Origin: Amphiura filiformis
Taxonomy: Eukaryota
Assembly (NCBI RefSeq): GCF_039555335.1
Contig: NC_092647.1
Coordinates: forward strand, 18,756,946 to 18,820,945
Reading direction: 5' to 3'
DNA: 64,000 bases
Position 1 is the first letter of the stretch. Every line of letters starts with the position of its first letter. Under the pieces are notes generated by a model that did not search any database, was not told the origin of the DNA, and worked only from the letters and a program-made list of their open reading frames with translations. Shown here in pieces: positions 11,240 to 23,454 of the stretch. The position numbers and the translations under genes are program-made.

Positions 11240-11800
11240 ACATCCGAGGACTGGAGGAGGATCAGATGTATAAATTTAAACTGGAATAGTCCATTGGAGT
11301 AGGACCTGATCTGCATTCTTACAATGAGTAGATAACTATGTTACTTTGTAATAATAAATCCAGAGGATTGGAGGAGGATCAGATGTATAAATTTAAACTG
11401 GAATAGTCCATTAGAGTAGCACCTAACCCACATTCTTACATGTACAATGAGTATGATACTATGTTACTTTGTAATAAAAAATCCTGTGAATTGGAGGAGG
11501 ATCAGATGTATAAATTTAAACTGGAATAGTCCATTAGAGTAGCACCTAACCCACATTCTTACATGTACAATGAGTATGATACTATGTTACTTTGTAATAA
11601 AAAATCCTGTGAATTGGAGGAGGATCAGATGTATATATTTAAACTGGAATAGTCCATTAGAGTAGGACCTAACCTGCATTCTTTCATGTATAATGAGTAT
11701 GATACTATGTTACTTTGTAATAAAAAATCCTGTGAATTGGAGGAGGATCAGATGTATAAATTTAAACTGGAATAGTCCATTAGAGTAGGACCTAACCCAC
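11240..11800. repeat. Intronic minisatellite: ~120-bp unit x about 5
   Basis: Repeated unit ggaggaggatcagatgtataaatttaaactggaatagtccattagagtag.acctaaccc.cattcttaca...actatgttactttgtaataa.aaatcc. Confidence 0.7.
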
Positions 11801-11864
11801 ATTCTTACAATAACTATGTTAATTTGAAATAATAAATCACATCCCTACTTAATCTTCTCATCAG

Positions 11865-11963
11865 GTTGGTAGTCTGACAGGTCACATGCAACCTATCAAT
11901 GCCTTGTGTTTCTCAGCAAATGGTCAGCAGCTGATTACAGCGAGTGAAGACCACAAAGTCAAA
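11865..11963 (+). CDS. Exon 10 (WD40 repeat)
   Basis: ctcatcag|GTT and GTCAAA|gtaagt. Translates VGSLTGHMQPINALCFSANGQQLITASEDHKVK. Confidence 0.8.
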
Positions 11964-13029
11964 GTAAGTAGTTTTGTTTTGAAAAGAAAGAGTGAACAGT
12001 TAACCAACCCAAAGTGTTATAATTAAACTAGATAGCAAATGTGACCATCCAGCACAACTGAGCCCTGAAGTCGCCAATCATCATTTTTGAGATAGTCAAC
12101 CAAAATATTTTGCTTGAAATTAGCTTTAAAATGATGTATATCATGTCTATAGTACTTGACATTTAAGTAGTGAAAAATCAATAAAACAGTCAATAAATCC
12201 TTTGTTTCATATTGTTTATTGTTAAGTTCAATGGAGCATTTCTCAATAGTGGCACTGGCGACATCCGGGCTTAGTTGTGGTGGATGGTCACATATAAATG
12301 AAATCCTGCCCGGCACACAACCTAATTGAAAAAATTAAGCAAGTAAATGTGCCGGTGTGGGATTTAAACCCAGGAACTCTTGTTTCTTAGTCGGACACTT
12401 TTTTTTTGTTCTTCCATTATATAATCTTGGTTTAGTATCAGTGTTTGAACAGTGAAGGGAGTGGGTATTTGACTTTCGAATTGACGAGTGTGTGCGGACA
12501 GCGATTCAAAACTAGGGTTCATCAGGTAGGGATTTGATGCCATAAAGAAGGTCATTGTGTGAAAAACCCTGAAAATGGGACTTGGCCAATTTTGGGCCTA
12601 TAAAAATGGAGTCAAAAATGAAGTCAAAATGGAGTAAAATCTGATAATGAAAAAAAAAAAAACATAACATAATTCCGGTCTTTTAAGAAAAAAAGGGTTA
12701 TCCGGTGAGAGCTTATCTAAAATGTATTAAAGCACTGTCGCCCATTTTAGTGAGTGCTGGGGGATACTACTTGAACCAGGGTAAATATCTTCAGTGGCAT
12801 GTGCTAAGGGGCCGGGGGGCTTGTGGCCACCACTTTTGCTGGTAAGTCGTGTTAAAATTTGGGACTACTATTACGGCGAGCGAGGCGAAAATTTTGGAAC
12901 AGTCGGGGGAATCGAGACCCATGGCCTCCCACTTTTAAGAACCTGCGAACACCACTGAATATCTTACCCACAGCTACCTTCGTCCAATATGTGACATGTT
13001 TTATTAGTAGACTGAATTGTACATATTGG

Positions 13030-13115
13030 CGTATGTGCTTTTGGCCCCTGAACATGTTTAAAACAAAACTGCCACAAGGTTACATAGGAGGTTTTGCTTT
13101 AAACTTGTTCAGGGG
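13030..13115. mobile_element. Mini palindromic MITE (~85 bp) with TIR GGCCCCTGAACATGTTTAAA. A second copy is at 38556-38640.
   Basis: ttttggcccctgaacatgtttaaaacaaaactgcc...tgctttaaacttgttcaggggccagtg, and likewise at 38556-38640. Confidence 0.5.
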
Positions 13116-13269
13116 CCAGTGACACATAGGAGTTTTTCTTGCCCAACAACGTTATGTATCTTCCTACCCAGTTGTTTTGACGGCCTAATTGTCATACTTG
13201 TATGCTTAGAAATGGAGTATGCAACTAATCAAAATTTGTATTCAACTAATCAAAATTTATATTTTACAG

Positions 13270-13530
13270 GTGTGGTCTGGTACTCTAGGAAAGAAAATCC
13301 TGACCCTAGGTGATAAGAATTCCAGCCATGCGACAGCCACTAGTTTCAGCCCAAATGGAGCCCAAATTGCTGTAGGTTATCATGACGGACGTGTGCGGTT
13401 ATACGAGGTCAGCAGCGGTGCCGAGCTGTTTGCGGTCGTGTTTTCGTCACGTGTCAAGTGTCTGAAATGGTGTTCCCTACCCGGTGGAAAGAGGTATCTG
13501 CTAGTAGGCTTTGATAGTGGGCATGTGGAG
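13270..13530 (+). CDS. Exon 11 (two WD40 repeats)
   Basis: attttacag|GTG and GTGGAG|gtaggt. 87 codons: VWSGTLGKKILTLGDKNSSHATATSFSPNGAQIAVGYHDGRVRLYEVSSGAELFAVVFSSRVKCLKWCSLPGGKRYLLVGFDSGHVE. Confidence 0.85.
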
Positions 13531-13559
13531 GTAGGTTATTAGCACTTTATTTTACATAC

Positions 13560-13975
13560 CTTATTGGTTATTATCAAAGACAGAATTAAAAAGACTAATT
13601 TGCGTCTGACATCATCTGTCAATCAAACTCTGCCGCGATTTATTTACGAGTGGCGTGATGATTGAGTTTCTGAATATGGTGGTAAAACAGCATGCCTGAT
13701 GGTTAATTTTGCACCTTCAAATATACAAACCGTCTCAAAAGCAAGGTCTTAGTAATAGGAAACTTTCTTTCTGAAGGCACCATGTCAACAATGCCTAGAA
13801 AAGTTGCTTTATGCCTTGTATTAGGACCATAACTTTTCACCATTTTCGGTGATTCCTTTTCTCCAATTAGCACCAGATGAATCAACCTTCCTTTTAATGC
13901 ACTATTAAACAATCAAGTATCATGGGGTGTTTGATTGACAAAGATGTCAGACGCAGACTAGACTTATAAATCTGT
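13560..13975. mobile_element. Second copy of the 8265-8985 MITE family
   Basis: TIR tcaaagacagaattaaaaagactaatttgcgtctgacatcatctgtcaatcaaactc (13565-13622) and its reverse complement at 13918-13975. Confidence 0.55.
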
Positions 13976-14000
13976 CTCAGATTGTAAGCGATAGACATAG

Positions 14001-14524
14001 ATTGGGCTATTCCAGATGTATTCCGCACCCCCTATGGAAGACACTTCCGAATTGGGCTAAATTGACAGCGGAAAACCCATGGAAGACACTGCGGAATTGT
14101 GGTAATATGGCCAGCCGGAATTCACGTAAATGTAAATGTCTTCCATAGGATTCCAGCTGGAATGAGAACATTTTTTGTTTCCAGCCAGAATTCAAGTAAA
14201 TGTCTTTCATAGGTTAATCGAGATGGTGATCATAAGTGAAGATTCTGCTGGAATTGGAGCATTTTTGACCATTTTCCAGCGGAATATTAAGAAATGTGAA
14301 TGTCTTCCATAGGCACATCATGGCCTTTCACAATCCCCACTCTTTGTTTTTTCGTTTATTTTAGCAGCCGGAATTTCAATGTCTTCCATACCCTACAGCC
14401 GGAATCTTTGCTAAAAATGACTGCTGGAATTCTAGACACATCTCAATTCCAGCTGGAATTGTATTTTTTTTTAATGTCTTCCATAGGGGGGGGGGGTGCG
14501 GAATACATCTGGAATAGCCCATTG
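14001..14524. mobile_element. Composite hairpin element of the CTTCCATAG family (family C), with internal ~60-bp subrepeats
   Basis: TIR attgggctattccagatgtattccgcaccccctatggaagaca / tgtcttccatagggggggggggtgcggaatacatctggaatagcccatt. Inside are 7-8 repeats of ccagc.ggaat...gtcttccatagg. Confidence 0.6.
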
Positions 14525-14852
14525 TGATCGTTGCTCAGCTTCTCAGTGTGATTATTGTGAGGAAGATTAAGTAGAAAAATAATGTATAAAGACATTACAT
14601 CTTAACTTGAGACAAAATATCACTTAGTATTAGTGATCAATAGTGCAATGTTTTGGTATAGGCCTATATGAAGGTATTTAGTAAATAGAATTTGGAGCAT
14701 GGTCGTTCAACAAGCAATGAGTAATGAGCACTGTCTCATACTTTAGTCATTTTTGCAAACATTAAGATGATCTGTATTGCATGTGCCCATTGAGATTTGA
14801 AAATCATATTCTCCTTAATTGATAATTGTTTTGCTTCAGACATTAGTTACTA

Positions 14853-14947
14853 GTACTGTACTGTACTGTACTGTACTGTACTGTACTGTACTGTACTGTA
14901 CTGTACTGTACTGTACTGTACTGTACTGTACTGTATTGTACTGTACT
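14853..14947. repeat. (CTGTA)n microsatellite, about 19 units
   Basis: Perfect actgtactgtactgta... run. Confidence 0.9.
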
Positions 14948-15918
14948 AGTTAATAGTAAGGGTCTACCTGGCATCTGCAGTATAATATGAACCGAACTGA
15001 CTAACACTGTTGACTTAGTTATTTTTGTACAACTCCAAGAAAAGTAAAGGTTTTCAACTCATGTTTTTTCACTTTTCACACTAGTGGTTTCATCAGACTA
15101 GCAACCCATCACATCTGACTGTTTCCATTTATAGCAAGGATTCTCGAGTACTAATATACTATAGGATAAGCCACTCGTTTGTGCAAATGAAGTCAGTCAT
15201 TCAGCCTGTGCGCGATAATGCATGTGATGGCATAGTACCCCTGTACGTGTAGGAGTATATCACCTGTGGGAGAGATGATGCATGTTTACGTCATCATTTA
15301 AAAAAAAATTAAATGGCGAAAAACGGCGAACATTTGGTCGAATCTTTCCATTACTATTATATAGTGAAAAACCAAATAGCTGAGGAGTTAGCTCAATATG
15401 CTAGGAAAATATTCTCTTCGATGACCCCATGACGAGACTGGCTAAATAAGCTGTATTTTTGCTGGAAAGGGTCCGAATAATTGGCAGTCGATGTGCGCCA
15501 TCTTGGAAAATAGCTTGAAATAGACTTCCTCGACAGTCGTTCAAGATTAGAACTGAGATCTGGAACTTCATTAACCAATCAAATCTTGCGCACTCAAATG
15601 ACCTAGCAACTGTCAATCAAATACAGGATAAGTCCTTTTGAACAATAAAGCAGTCTTGCGCATCATAGCCGTTCACAAGTACGTAAGATTTAGGCTACGC
15701 TCTCAAATGCATAGCAACCGGCATAGCAACCGTCCTCAAACTGCCGGGCGAAGTGACTTCATTTTTATACAGGGATTGAATACTGAGTGTCACGGCCATG
15801 TTTATAGGTGACAGGAACTGCCATAGAAGGCGTGATAAGAGTGTCTTTTCCTTTTTGGCATATCCTGATGACTTCTTTTAGCCCAGTGTAGTGGTAAAAG
15901 GTCACTAAAAATGCGAGT

Positions 15919-16251
15919 TTAAGGGGGTACTACATCCCTGCCCAATTTTGTGCCCATTTTGCATTTTTCTCAAAAATTATAGCGCATTGGTGACAAGTAA
16001 GATATGTATATTATAGGGGCAAGGACTACAACTACTGCACTGGAAATTTTATTTCAGCACAGACAACAGTTGTGGAGTTACAGTCAAAAATGAGGGAAAC
16101 CAATATTTGATCAATAAATCAATAACTACTTGCAGTAGCTGTAGTCATTGCCCCTATAATATACATATCTTACTTGTCACCAATGCGCTATAATTTTTGA
16201 GAAAATTGCTAAAATAGACACAAAATTGGCCAGGGGTGTAGTACCCCCTTA
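15919..16251. mobile_element. TTAA-flanked MITE family A, copy 2
   Basis: tttaaGGGGGTACTACATCCCTGCCCAATTTTGTGCC...GGCCAGGGGTGTAGTACCCCCttaa. Its internal sequence aligns with 9771-10137 and 41093-41445. Confidence 0.65.
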
Positions 16252-16341
16252 ACACCTTCATTTTTCAACAGTTGAATCTAACATTGCAAATGAACTTATT
16301 CAAAGAAACTGACTAATACTTTTCATATATCATAATTCCAG

Positions 16342-16509
16342 TTGTTAGCTGACAATGGAAACATAGTCTTGAGTTTGATTGACTCACCAAGCAGCTCTGT
16401 TACAAGTGTCACCTACAGCCATGTTAATAGGCTGGTGGCAGTAACGATATGAGGATAACTCCATCTATCTATGGAGGTTGCAATATGAGCTGAAGTCAAG
16501 CAAGAAAAA
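16342..16509 (+). CDS. Exon 12 (WD40 repeat) with an internal +1 frameshift between 16445 and 16453
   Basis: Acceptor aattccag|TTG at 16341, donor AAAAAG|gtaagt at 16510. The 5' part is open only in frame 0 (LLADNGNIVLSLIDSPSSSVTSVTYSHVNRLVAVT) and hits TGA at 16450. The 3' part is open only in frame +1 (RYEDNSIYLWRLQYELKSSKK). The 5' frame matches exon 11 and the 3' frame matches exon 13. Confidence 0.65.
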
Positions 16510-16690
16510 GTAAGTCAATTGTAAAATAACAGAATTAGCGGTTCATTCATATATTTTCATGACTAAACGATTGTTTTGCCCAAGAGGCTGTTTGTGATCT
16601 GAGGGCATAAACAAGGTTTAGTCGTGAAAATATATGAATGAATCTTGTTCATATATACATAACAGAATATTTTGTGATTCTTATTTCATT

Positions 16691-17336
16691 AAGGGAAGGG
16701 GTATGAGCGTTTGGACAGTATTTATTGTGGGACATTAGAGCACATCAGACATATCGAATTGCATTCTGAATACAAAGAATGTCCTTCTGATATCAAATAA
16801 TTTTGATTTTTTGAAATTATCAAGGTAATACACATTTTATGGCAAATGACTAAAAATTGATATTTTTGATATTTAACAGTACTCGAAGTAAACTTTATAA
16901 ATCTGATGATTTATACTTAACGTGTATGTAGGTGGGATGAAAAGCTGACGATCAATTGAAAATTTTGACCTTTCGTATTGAAGATATGGATTTTTTTCCC
17001 CAAAACACAAAAAAAATTAGGTCTTTTTGGGAAAAAATCCATATTTTCAATATGAAAGGTCAAAATTTTCAATTGATCATCGGCTTTTCCTCCCAGCTGC
17101 ATACACTTTAAGAATATATACTTCAAGGACTGTTATATATCAAAAATGTGAAAAATATCAAATTTTAATAAGTTGTCATAAAATTTGTATTATACCGTGA
17201 ATTTCAAAAAATGTAAATTATTTGATATTAGAAAGATATTCTTCGTATTCAGAATGCAATTTGATATGTCTGATGTGCTCTCATGTCCCACAAAAAATAC
17301 TGTCGAAAAGCTCAAAACGCTCATTCGAGATTCCTT
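16691..17336. mobile_element. TTAA-flanked palindromic MITE, ~650 bp (family B). Other copies at 33013-33669 and 44893-46249; fragments at 52690-52870 and 59100-59300.
   Basis: cattaaGGGAAGGGGTATGAGCGTTTGGACAGTATTTATTGTGGGACAT...arm...central gatcaattgaaaattttgacctttc palindrome...ATGTCCCACAAAAAATACTGTCGAAAAGCTCAAAACGCTCATTCGAGATTCCttaa. Confidence 0.65.
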
Positions 17337-17680
17337 AAAATAATAACAAAAATTCAAAAGTAACATTATCAAAAAAAAGATAATTTTCCTTAATTTTTCC
17401 CTACCTGCAATCACATATCCAAGCCACCTTGTTTAAATTTGTTTACTTCATGGTGGAGCACGGATGTGTATCCACAGCATAAGTGACATCATGTATTGCG
17501 GAAATATTGAACGTGTAACCAAGCTTACTGGTATGCGTAGAATGTGTTATGCTTGATACATTGTTACAGAATAATGAGCTTTCATGTGATGCGTTTTGAC
17601 AAATCACTGTGCATGATTTTCAATAATGGGTTGGGAGGGTAATAGATAGTGTCTAATAGAACATGGGTAGGGACCAATGT

Positions 17681-17966
17681 AATTGGGCTATTCCATTTAA
17701 AATCCACACTACCCCTGTGGAAGATTTAGCTAAGGTCTTCCACAGAGGGAGTATGAGTTTCAAATAGAATCAACATTTGCGTAACTTCCATTTGAATTAC
17801 TCACTCCAGTTGTGGAAGATATTGGCAAACCTACAATACAGGGGGAGTATGGGTTTCAAAGTGACTAACCCTGACCAATTACATTTGAGAAACATACTCC
17901 TCCCGTGGAAGATATTTTCAAAATCTTCCATAAGGGTAGTGTTGATTTCAACTGGAATAGCCCATT
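17681..17966. mobile_element. Family C hairpin element copy (TIR AATGGGCTATTCCA)
   Basis: aattgggctattccatttaaaatccacactacccctgtggaagat...cttccataagggtagtgttgatttcaactggaatagcccattg. Confidence 0.55.
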
Positions 17967-18010
17967 GCATGAATCTACTCAGCTGTTTAAGAATGATTTT
18001 TTTAATCCAT

Positions 18011-18097
18011 CTTGATAGGTCTGCGCCCAAACCTGAGGCTATAATGCATGCAACATGCAATGGAACACTCATGATTCTGTTTTATTCCCCTTGATAG
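18011..18097. repeat. 80-bp tandem duplication of the exon 13 acceptor plus the first 57 nt of the exon (decoy acceptor)
   Basis: cttgataggtctgcgcccaaacctgaggctataatgcatgcaacatgcaatggaaca (18011-18067) matches cttgataggtctgcacccaagcctgaggccataatgcatgcaacctgcaatggaaca (18091-18147). Splicing at the upstream copy reads into TGA. Confidence 0.7.
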
Positions 18098-18206
18098 GTC
18101 TGCACCCAAGCCTGAGGCCATAATGCATGCAACCTGCAATGGAACAATAAGCTGCTCAGATCTTAACAAAGATGGAACTCGACTTATCACAGCTAGCAGA
18201 GATGCA
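18098..18206 (+). CDS. Exon 13 (WD40 repeat)
   Basis: ccccttgatag|GTCT and GATGCA|gtaagt. Translates SAPKPEAIMHATCNGTISCSDLNKDGTRLITASRDA. A decoy copy of the acceptor and first 57 nt lies 80 bp upstream. Confidence 0.75.
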
Positions 18207-19854
18207 GTAAGTCTGATTAACATGATTGTAAACACAGCCAAAAAAGAAAGTCTCCAGTAGTTCCATCCCCATTTAATCAGAGTCTGATGAGTTTATGGCT
18301 AAATAATTTATATAATAATTTTCTATACACTTTCCTTCAAAGGTTGATATCAAATTTGATATAAAAAGTTTAATCATCATGGGCATAGGAGCCGTTGTTT
18401 GGCAATTCGTGCAATTTTAAAAATGACAAATTACGAATTGACCACGCAAAATCCAATGCTTGGTATCAGCTTATTATGTGGCCTGAAGCAACCCGTACAG
18501 GAATCATTGCACACTTGCCTGCGCACAATTGAAAGAGCGGGGTATTTGATTTGCATTTTGACATGCATGGGTAAACCTTTAACCTGCCGGCCTATTCAGG
18601 CGACGTAATTCTTGGCACTCAAGCTAGCTCTGCTACGTGATACAATTCCCTATGTCATTTTTAAAATTGAGCGAATTTCCAAACAACGGTTTCTATGCTC
18701 ACGATGATCAAACTTTTGATATCAAATTTGGTATCAACCTTTGAAGGAAAGTGTATAGAAAATTATTATATAAATTATTTTGCCATAAACTCATCAGACT
18801 CTGATTAAATGGGGATGGAACTGCTGGAGACTTTCTTTTTTGGCTGTGTTTATTAATCCTGTATTGAAGATGTGATCCATTAGAAAAATGGAAACTTGGG
18901 TTATTTTTGCCAACTATTACACATGGGTTGATTTTGCAGATATTTGATTACTTTTTCAGTATCTGGTACTACATGATCCCAAAGTGGGCCCTGAATAATG
19001 TACAAATTCAATTTCATAATACAAAATTTGCATACAGAAGCAATGCAATATGCATAATAATAATATTATTACTTAATATGTATACACTACTGTATTACAT
19101 CCGAATGAGTTAATTATGTTTTTTTTTTCTTTTCGACAGCCATGGTGTTACTGCCTCTGGTTTATTGAAAATAGATTATACAACAAAAAATAAACATGGC
19201 TGATTTTTTAGGTTTTAAGAAAAACAAACAAAAATACACACACACAAAATTACAGTTGCAGCAAACAAATTGAATTGTCAGTTTTCAAGAAACTGAAACA
19301 TAGCCAAGTACAAATGAATTATGTGCATACATTGTATAGATACGGGTACAAGTACATTCCGTGCAAAAACGATACAATTATTTTTCCAAGTGTACACCAC
19401 AATTAAAGAATGAGATTTATAAGTCAAACCTCCATTTTTTAAAATGAGGGGCAGTTTGTTGCTCTTGTTAGCAGTGCTATATTCAGTTTCTCTGATGGTT
19501 TTTGTGGAAAGGATATTATTTGCCATTTGCTACCAAAATGAGGTCCTCCTGCAAATGCATGCGCAAAATGTCCACTTCTATTTCTTGCGCTTTTCTAGCG
19601 CAGAGCCAGAAGGCTTTTGCAATGCGTACACATTAATTAAAGCATGCGTTTGATAGGTGTATCTACATTCAGTATGCACTTTGCGGGTAGAACCTCGTTT
19701 TGATATGATATGACCATGCGATTGGCGAATATTAACATTACAAAATACTGATGTAGATTTTCCTTACAAAAATCACAAATATGAGTATTTTTTTGTTATT
19801 GTCTTTTCAAACTTGTGCTATGGTTTTCTAAACTCGGTCATTTTCATTTTTTAG

Positions 19855-19986
19855 AGTATATTTGTTTGGACTACGGGTCAAGAATCGCTGGATGCAGGAG
19901 GTCCTTATACACCACTTATATCAATGCATGGATGCCATAAAGACTGGATTAATGCATGCACTTTGTCTGATAATGCTGAATACTTG
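19855..19986 (+). CDS. Exon 14 (WD40 repeat)
   Basis: ttttttag|AGT and TACTTG|gtaagt. Translates SIFVWTTGQESLDAGGPYTPLISMHGCHKDWINACTLSDNAEYL. Confidence 0.8.
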
Positions 19987-20339
19987 GTAAGTGTTTTTTA
20001 TGGTTAAGTTTCTTTAAAGGATTATTTTGTGATTCTTGCATCCTCTTTTTATGGTATGTTTGAGTAGATCCACAAAAAAAAGATTATTCCCCAAATCTCA
20101 GTTGATTTCGATTTTGCATTAGCAAGTTATGCATGATAGATAATGGATATTACAATTTGTTCCATAGGCCACTATGCTGTAATTTTATTTTGGTAACAGA
20201 ACACGATTATAAATTTTACGATAATTTTGCTAAGCGAATGGATCTACAAGAATTTTTGCACATAAACATTATATAGCCAGAGATTTCCAATGGTATAAAA
20301 ATGGGGGATGAGGCTGTGGATCTCAAAATGCCCCTTAGA

Positions 20340-20595
20340 CGACAAAAAAAGAAAACCCTGTTCTACGGGCCCGACCAACCCAGATTTTGAACAAATTATG
20401 AAAAAAAATTTCCTGTACAAATGAATGCCGACCCAATTTTTGGAAATTTCAGGAACAAAATTTTTTCCCTATTTTCTCAGATTGCAAATTACTTACAGAT
20501 TTTGGTGATATTTTGGGTCATTTAAAAAAAAAAAAAAGCAGACTGACCGACCTTACTTGAAAGGTCTGTCCGCCCGCAGAACAGGGCTCAGCGTC
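20340..20595. mobile_element. MITE with TIR CCCTGTTCTACGGGC. A second copy lies at 26500-26645.
   Basis: gaaaaccctgttctacgggcccgaccaacccagattttg...gtctgtccgcccgcagaacagggctcagcg. 26500-26645 reads aaaaaccctgttctacgggcccaacaacccagattttg...gtctcgccacctgtagaatg. Confidence 0.5.
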
Positions 20596-21749
20596 ATCAT
20601 CCCTATATCTTCGTGTCAAAAATTGCTGTGATAGTACGGTGAACCATCTCATTTTTCAACAGCTACGCATGGCGATTTTGTTCGAGATAGGCTGAGCGAC
20701 TCAGGCTAAGCATACCATTTACAAGATATGAGATACCACAGAGCCTGCCACAGAGTTTCTATTCTACGTTTTTATGATTTGCGCATGATCAGTACCCCAT
20801 ATGATATTGCCATTATAAGAAAATTCGATTTGTTGTCAGGCAAAATCTTATCTGCATCAATAATAGAATATTGATTTCAATCGAATTGAATACATCTCTC
20901 CATTTTGAGTTTGTACTTCCCCACTGAGCGATCTAGCGATTGATTTCTAGCCAGTCAGATAGGACTCCTTTTCTTGCATTCGGTGAAACACCAATCGCCC
21001 GTCGCTCACCAACGGAGTATTAAGTTTATATTTATAATACAGGGTGTTGACACTGTGCAGGGTTTCGCCTTAAAGTTATGAAAATACCAAATTTGGCTTC
21101 ATGATATCTTAACCCCCTGAGGAATAGTACCTTTTTTGCAGCATTTCTGATTTTTTCACAACAGAGTCTCTGATTGGATAATTACACAATATTATCATCT
21201 GAGTAACCAATCAAAATAGAGCTTACAGACAGGGTTGTATCTAGCAGGGTGGCAACTGAGCCAAACAGCGATGATGAGTGCTGGGGGCGGCAATTTACAG
21301 AATTTGCTTGATTTAGCAAGATTTCAACAACAGTGGACACTTTCATGATAAATTTGTTAAAATACACTTGCTTTTTTTCAGTTTGAGTGGTGGGCTCTAG
21401 CATCAAAATGAACCTTCAGTGGTGAGCTCCAGAAGTGAGTGGTGGGCTCCACCGCCCACTGCCACCCACCGTAGCTACAACCCTACTTATAGGTCTCTTA
21501 GCAACTTTAAGCTTAATCCTCTTCAGCCCTTATGGGCATTCTTACCACATTTCTGATTGGCTCAATACATGGTAGCCCTCCTCCTTGTAACCAATCAATT
21601 GAGTTCTTAGAGGGTGATAATTCGACTGGTTGTGCCCATGGTTTCAAAATAAGAACAATGCGAGGATCACATGGGCTCAGTTGATTCTGTTGGAATGTAC
21701 ATATATGTGTATGTATGTTATAAGTATCAATTTGTTTTTATTTTCTTAG

Positions 21750-21857
21750 GTAACAGCATCCAATGATTTCACCCTCAAGTTGTGGGATATGAAGACCCAA
21801 AAAGAGAAGTATCAGTTTGTTGGACATAACAGCGCAATCAACTCAGTGGCATTTGCT
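21750..21857 (+). CDS. Exon 15 (WD40 repeat)
   Basis: ttttcttag|GTA and TTTGCT|gtaagt. Translates VTASNDFTLKLWDMKTQKEKYQFVGHNSAINSVAFA. Confidence 0.85.
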
Positions 21858-22202
21858 GTAAGTACAGACGTAATCTTGTAATATGAGACTGTGAGATCTT
21901 GTTTTCCATCGTCAGAACTGGGGGTGAAAATGTAATAACTTTACATGCTTGTGTTTGATGCCAGAAATAGGAAAAATATCACCAAAATTTATTATTATTT
22001 TCAAATAAATTTCTTGGAAGTGACACAATCATGACCTTGTTTACTCTTGTGTTTGAGAAAACCTGTTTTCAAAACCAGTACAGAAATGCCCAAACTGAAC
22101 ACTCTAGATGATGTGAAGTACAGTACCAAATTACTTCTGTGTTATTATGAATTAAGAGTTTCTTCTCAATTAAACAAAGAATAGCAGGCTATAAAAGATT
22201 TG

Positions 22203-22570
22203 GCACAATAAAAAAAAAAAGCAAAAAAAAAAGCGCAGTGATTTATAGTGCACTACGTGCAGGCACAACGCCTAGACGTTGATCCACAAGCCTCAGCACA
22301 CTTTACAGGTTGTCGCTGACCACTACGGCCCCACATCATTCCAGAAAAAATTAAACAACAATTCAGGGACTTTTGCTGCTTCAAGAGAGCACACCCTAGA
22401 CATTCCACTAATAACCATCGCAACCAGGATCAGCTCCCCGAGTTTCGTACGGGTTACAACGAGACAAATTAGCAGTGAGTTCCTTGTCCAGGGGAATTTC
22501 AAGCTAACTCAATTTTTCAAGCTAACTCAATTTTTTCCATGTGAGCGTACTAGGCACTTGGCGTAAAACA
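22203..22570 (-). mobile_element. SINE-like retroelement copy, 5'-truncated, minus orientation
   Basis: Its reverse complement aligns over ~360 bp with 30385-30862, including ...gtgcactataaatcactgcgc(T)n. The T/A-rich tail (A11GCA10 on the plus strand) is at 22205-22228. Confidence 0.6.
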
Positions 22571-22731
22571 ACTCGGCTTCGCCTCGTTGTTTTACTTCAA
22601 ATAATGATGTCGCCCGTGTTATATGAGAAGATAGATGCACTCCAGCGGCTAAAAACAATACCTTTATTCTCTAAATGGTGCACAATATTAGCAATTGTTC
22701 AAATACTACTTGTCTTTTGATTTTGTTACAG

Positions 22732-22867
22732 TATGGTTGTGTTGTATCAGCCTGCTTTGATGGCACAGTGAAAGTGTGGTCACACAAAGGAGTTGAAATC
22801 ACTACCCTCTATGGGCATAGCCAGAGAGTCAACAGCTGTGATATCTTTGTTCAAGCACCAGATCAAG
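22732..22867 (+). CDS. Exon 16 (WD40 repeat)
   Basis: ttgttacag|TAT and ATCAAG|gtaagt. Translates YGCVVSACFDGTVKVWSHKGVEITTLYGHSQRVNSCDIFVQAPDQ. Confidence 0.85.
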
Positions 22868-23454
22868 GTAAGTGTTGTATATATACTTTGTTTCAGGTTG
22901 AGTTTGGTAACCAGGTACGTATTTTGGTGGGTTGCAGTATTAAATTATGCATGTCAGCTAATCCCGCCGAGCGGCGTATCTGCTTAGAAGCAACAACATC
23001 ACTACCAAACTTGAGGAGAAATGAAGTATCGGTTGCTGATTATTGATTGTTAAGTCAGTAGCGTAACCAGGGGGCAGAGTGCCCTCCCGACAAAATATAA
23101 AGAGAAAATTGCCCCTCTGACAAGAAGTGAAAGAAAATCGTCTGGAAGGCGGGAAAAGAAAAGCGGAAAGGGGACGTCAACCAGTGGGCCAAAATAGTGT
23201 AAAATATCAATTTTTTGCATGCTATGCGTGCACAATTGTCCAAGTAAAACCCTTTTTTGGAACCTTGAAGACTTAACACGTACAGTCGCTTCAAAAACCC
23301 CATATATGTAATTATGTATATATCTCGCCAATAATACAGGGTCAAAATGATGCACATTTGTTTTGTTTCTTCCCAAAAATTTTTATTTTGCCCCACCCAA
23401 CAAAGAAATCTGGCTACGCTATGGTGAAATCATCACACTTTATCGTCATAGATA

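Noticed and set aside
12330-12400. SINE/tRNA-like 3' fragment (…gtgccggtgtgggatttaaacccaggaactc)
   Set aside because: It is only ~35 nt with weak resemblance to a T-arm. There is no second copy in the window to confirm it.
16441-16453. 13-nt GT…AG segment whose removal would repair the exon 12 frame
   Set aside because: It is far too short for a spliceosomal intron. It is noted only as a curiosity. A 1-nt indel is the simpler explanation.
23050-23396. Two overlapping minus-strand ORFs (108 and 113 aa)
   Set aside because: They lie in different frames of the same intronic stretch and lack any domain-like composition. There is no supporting splice structure.
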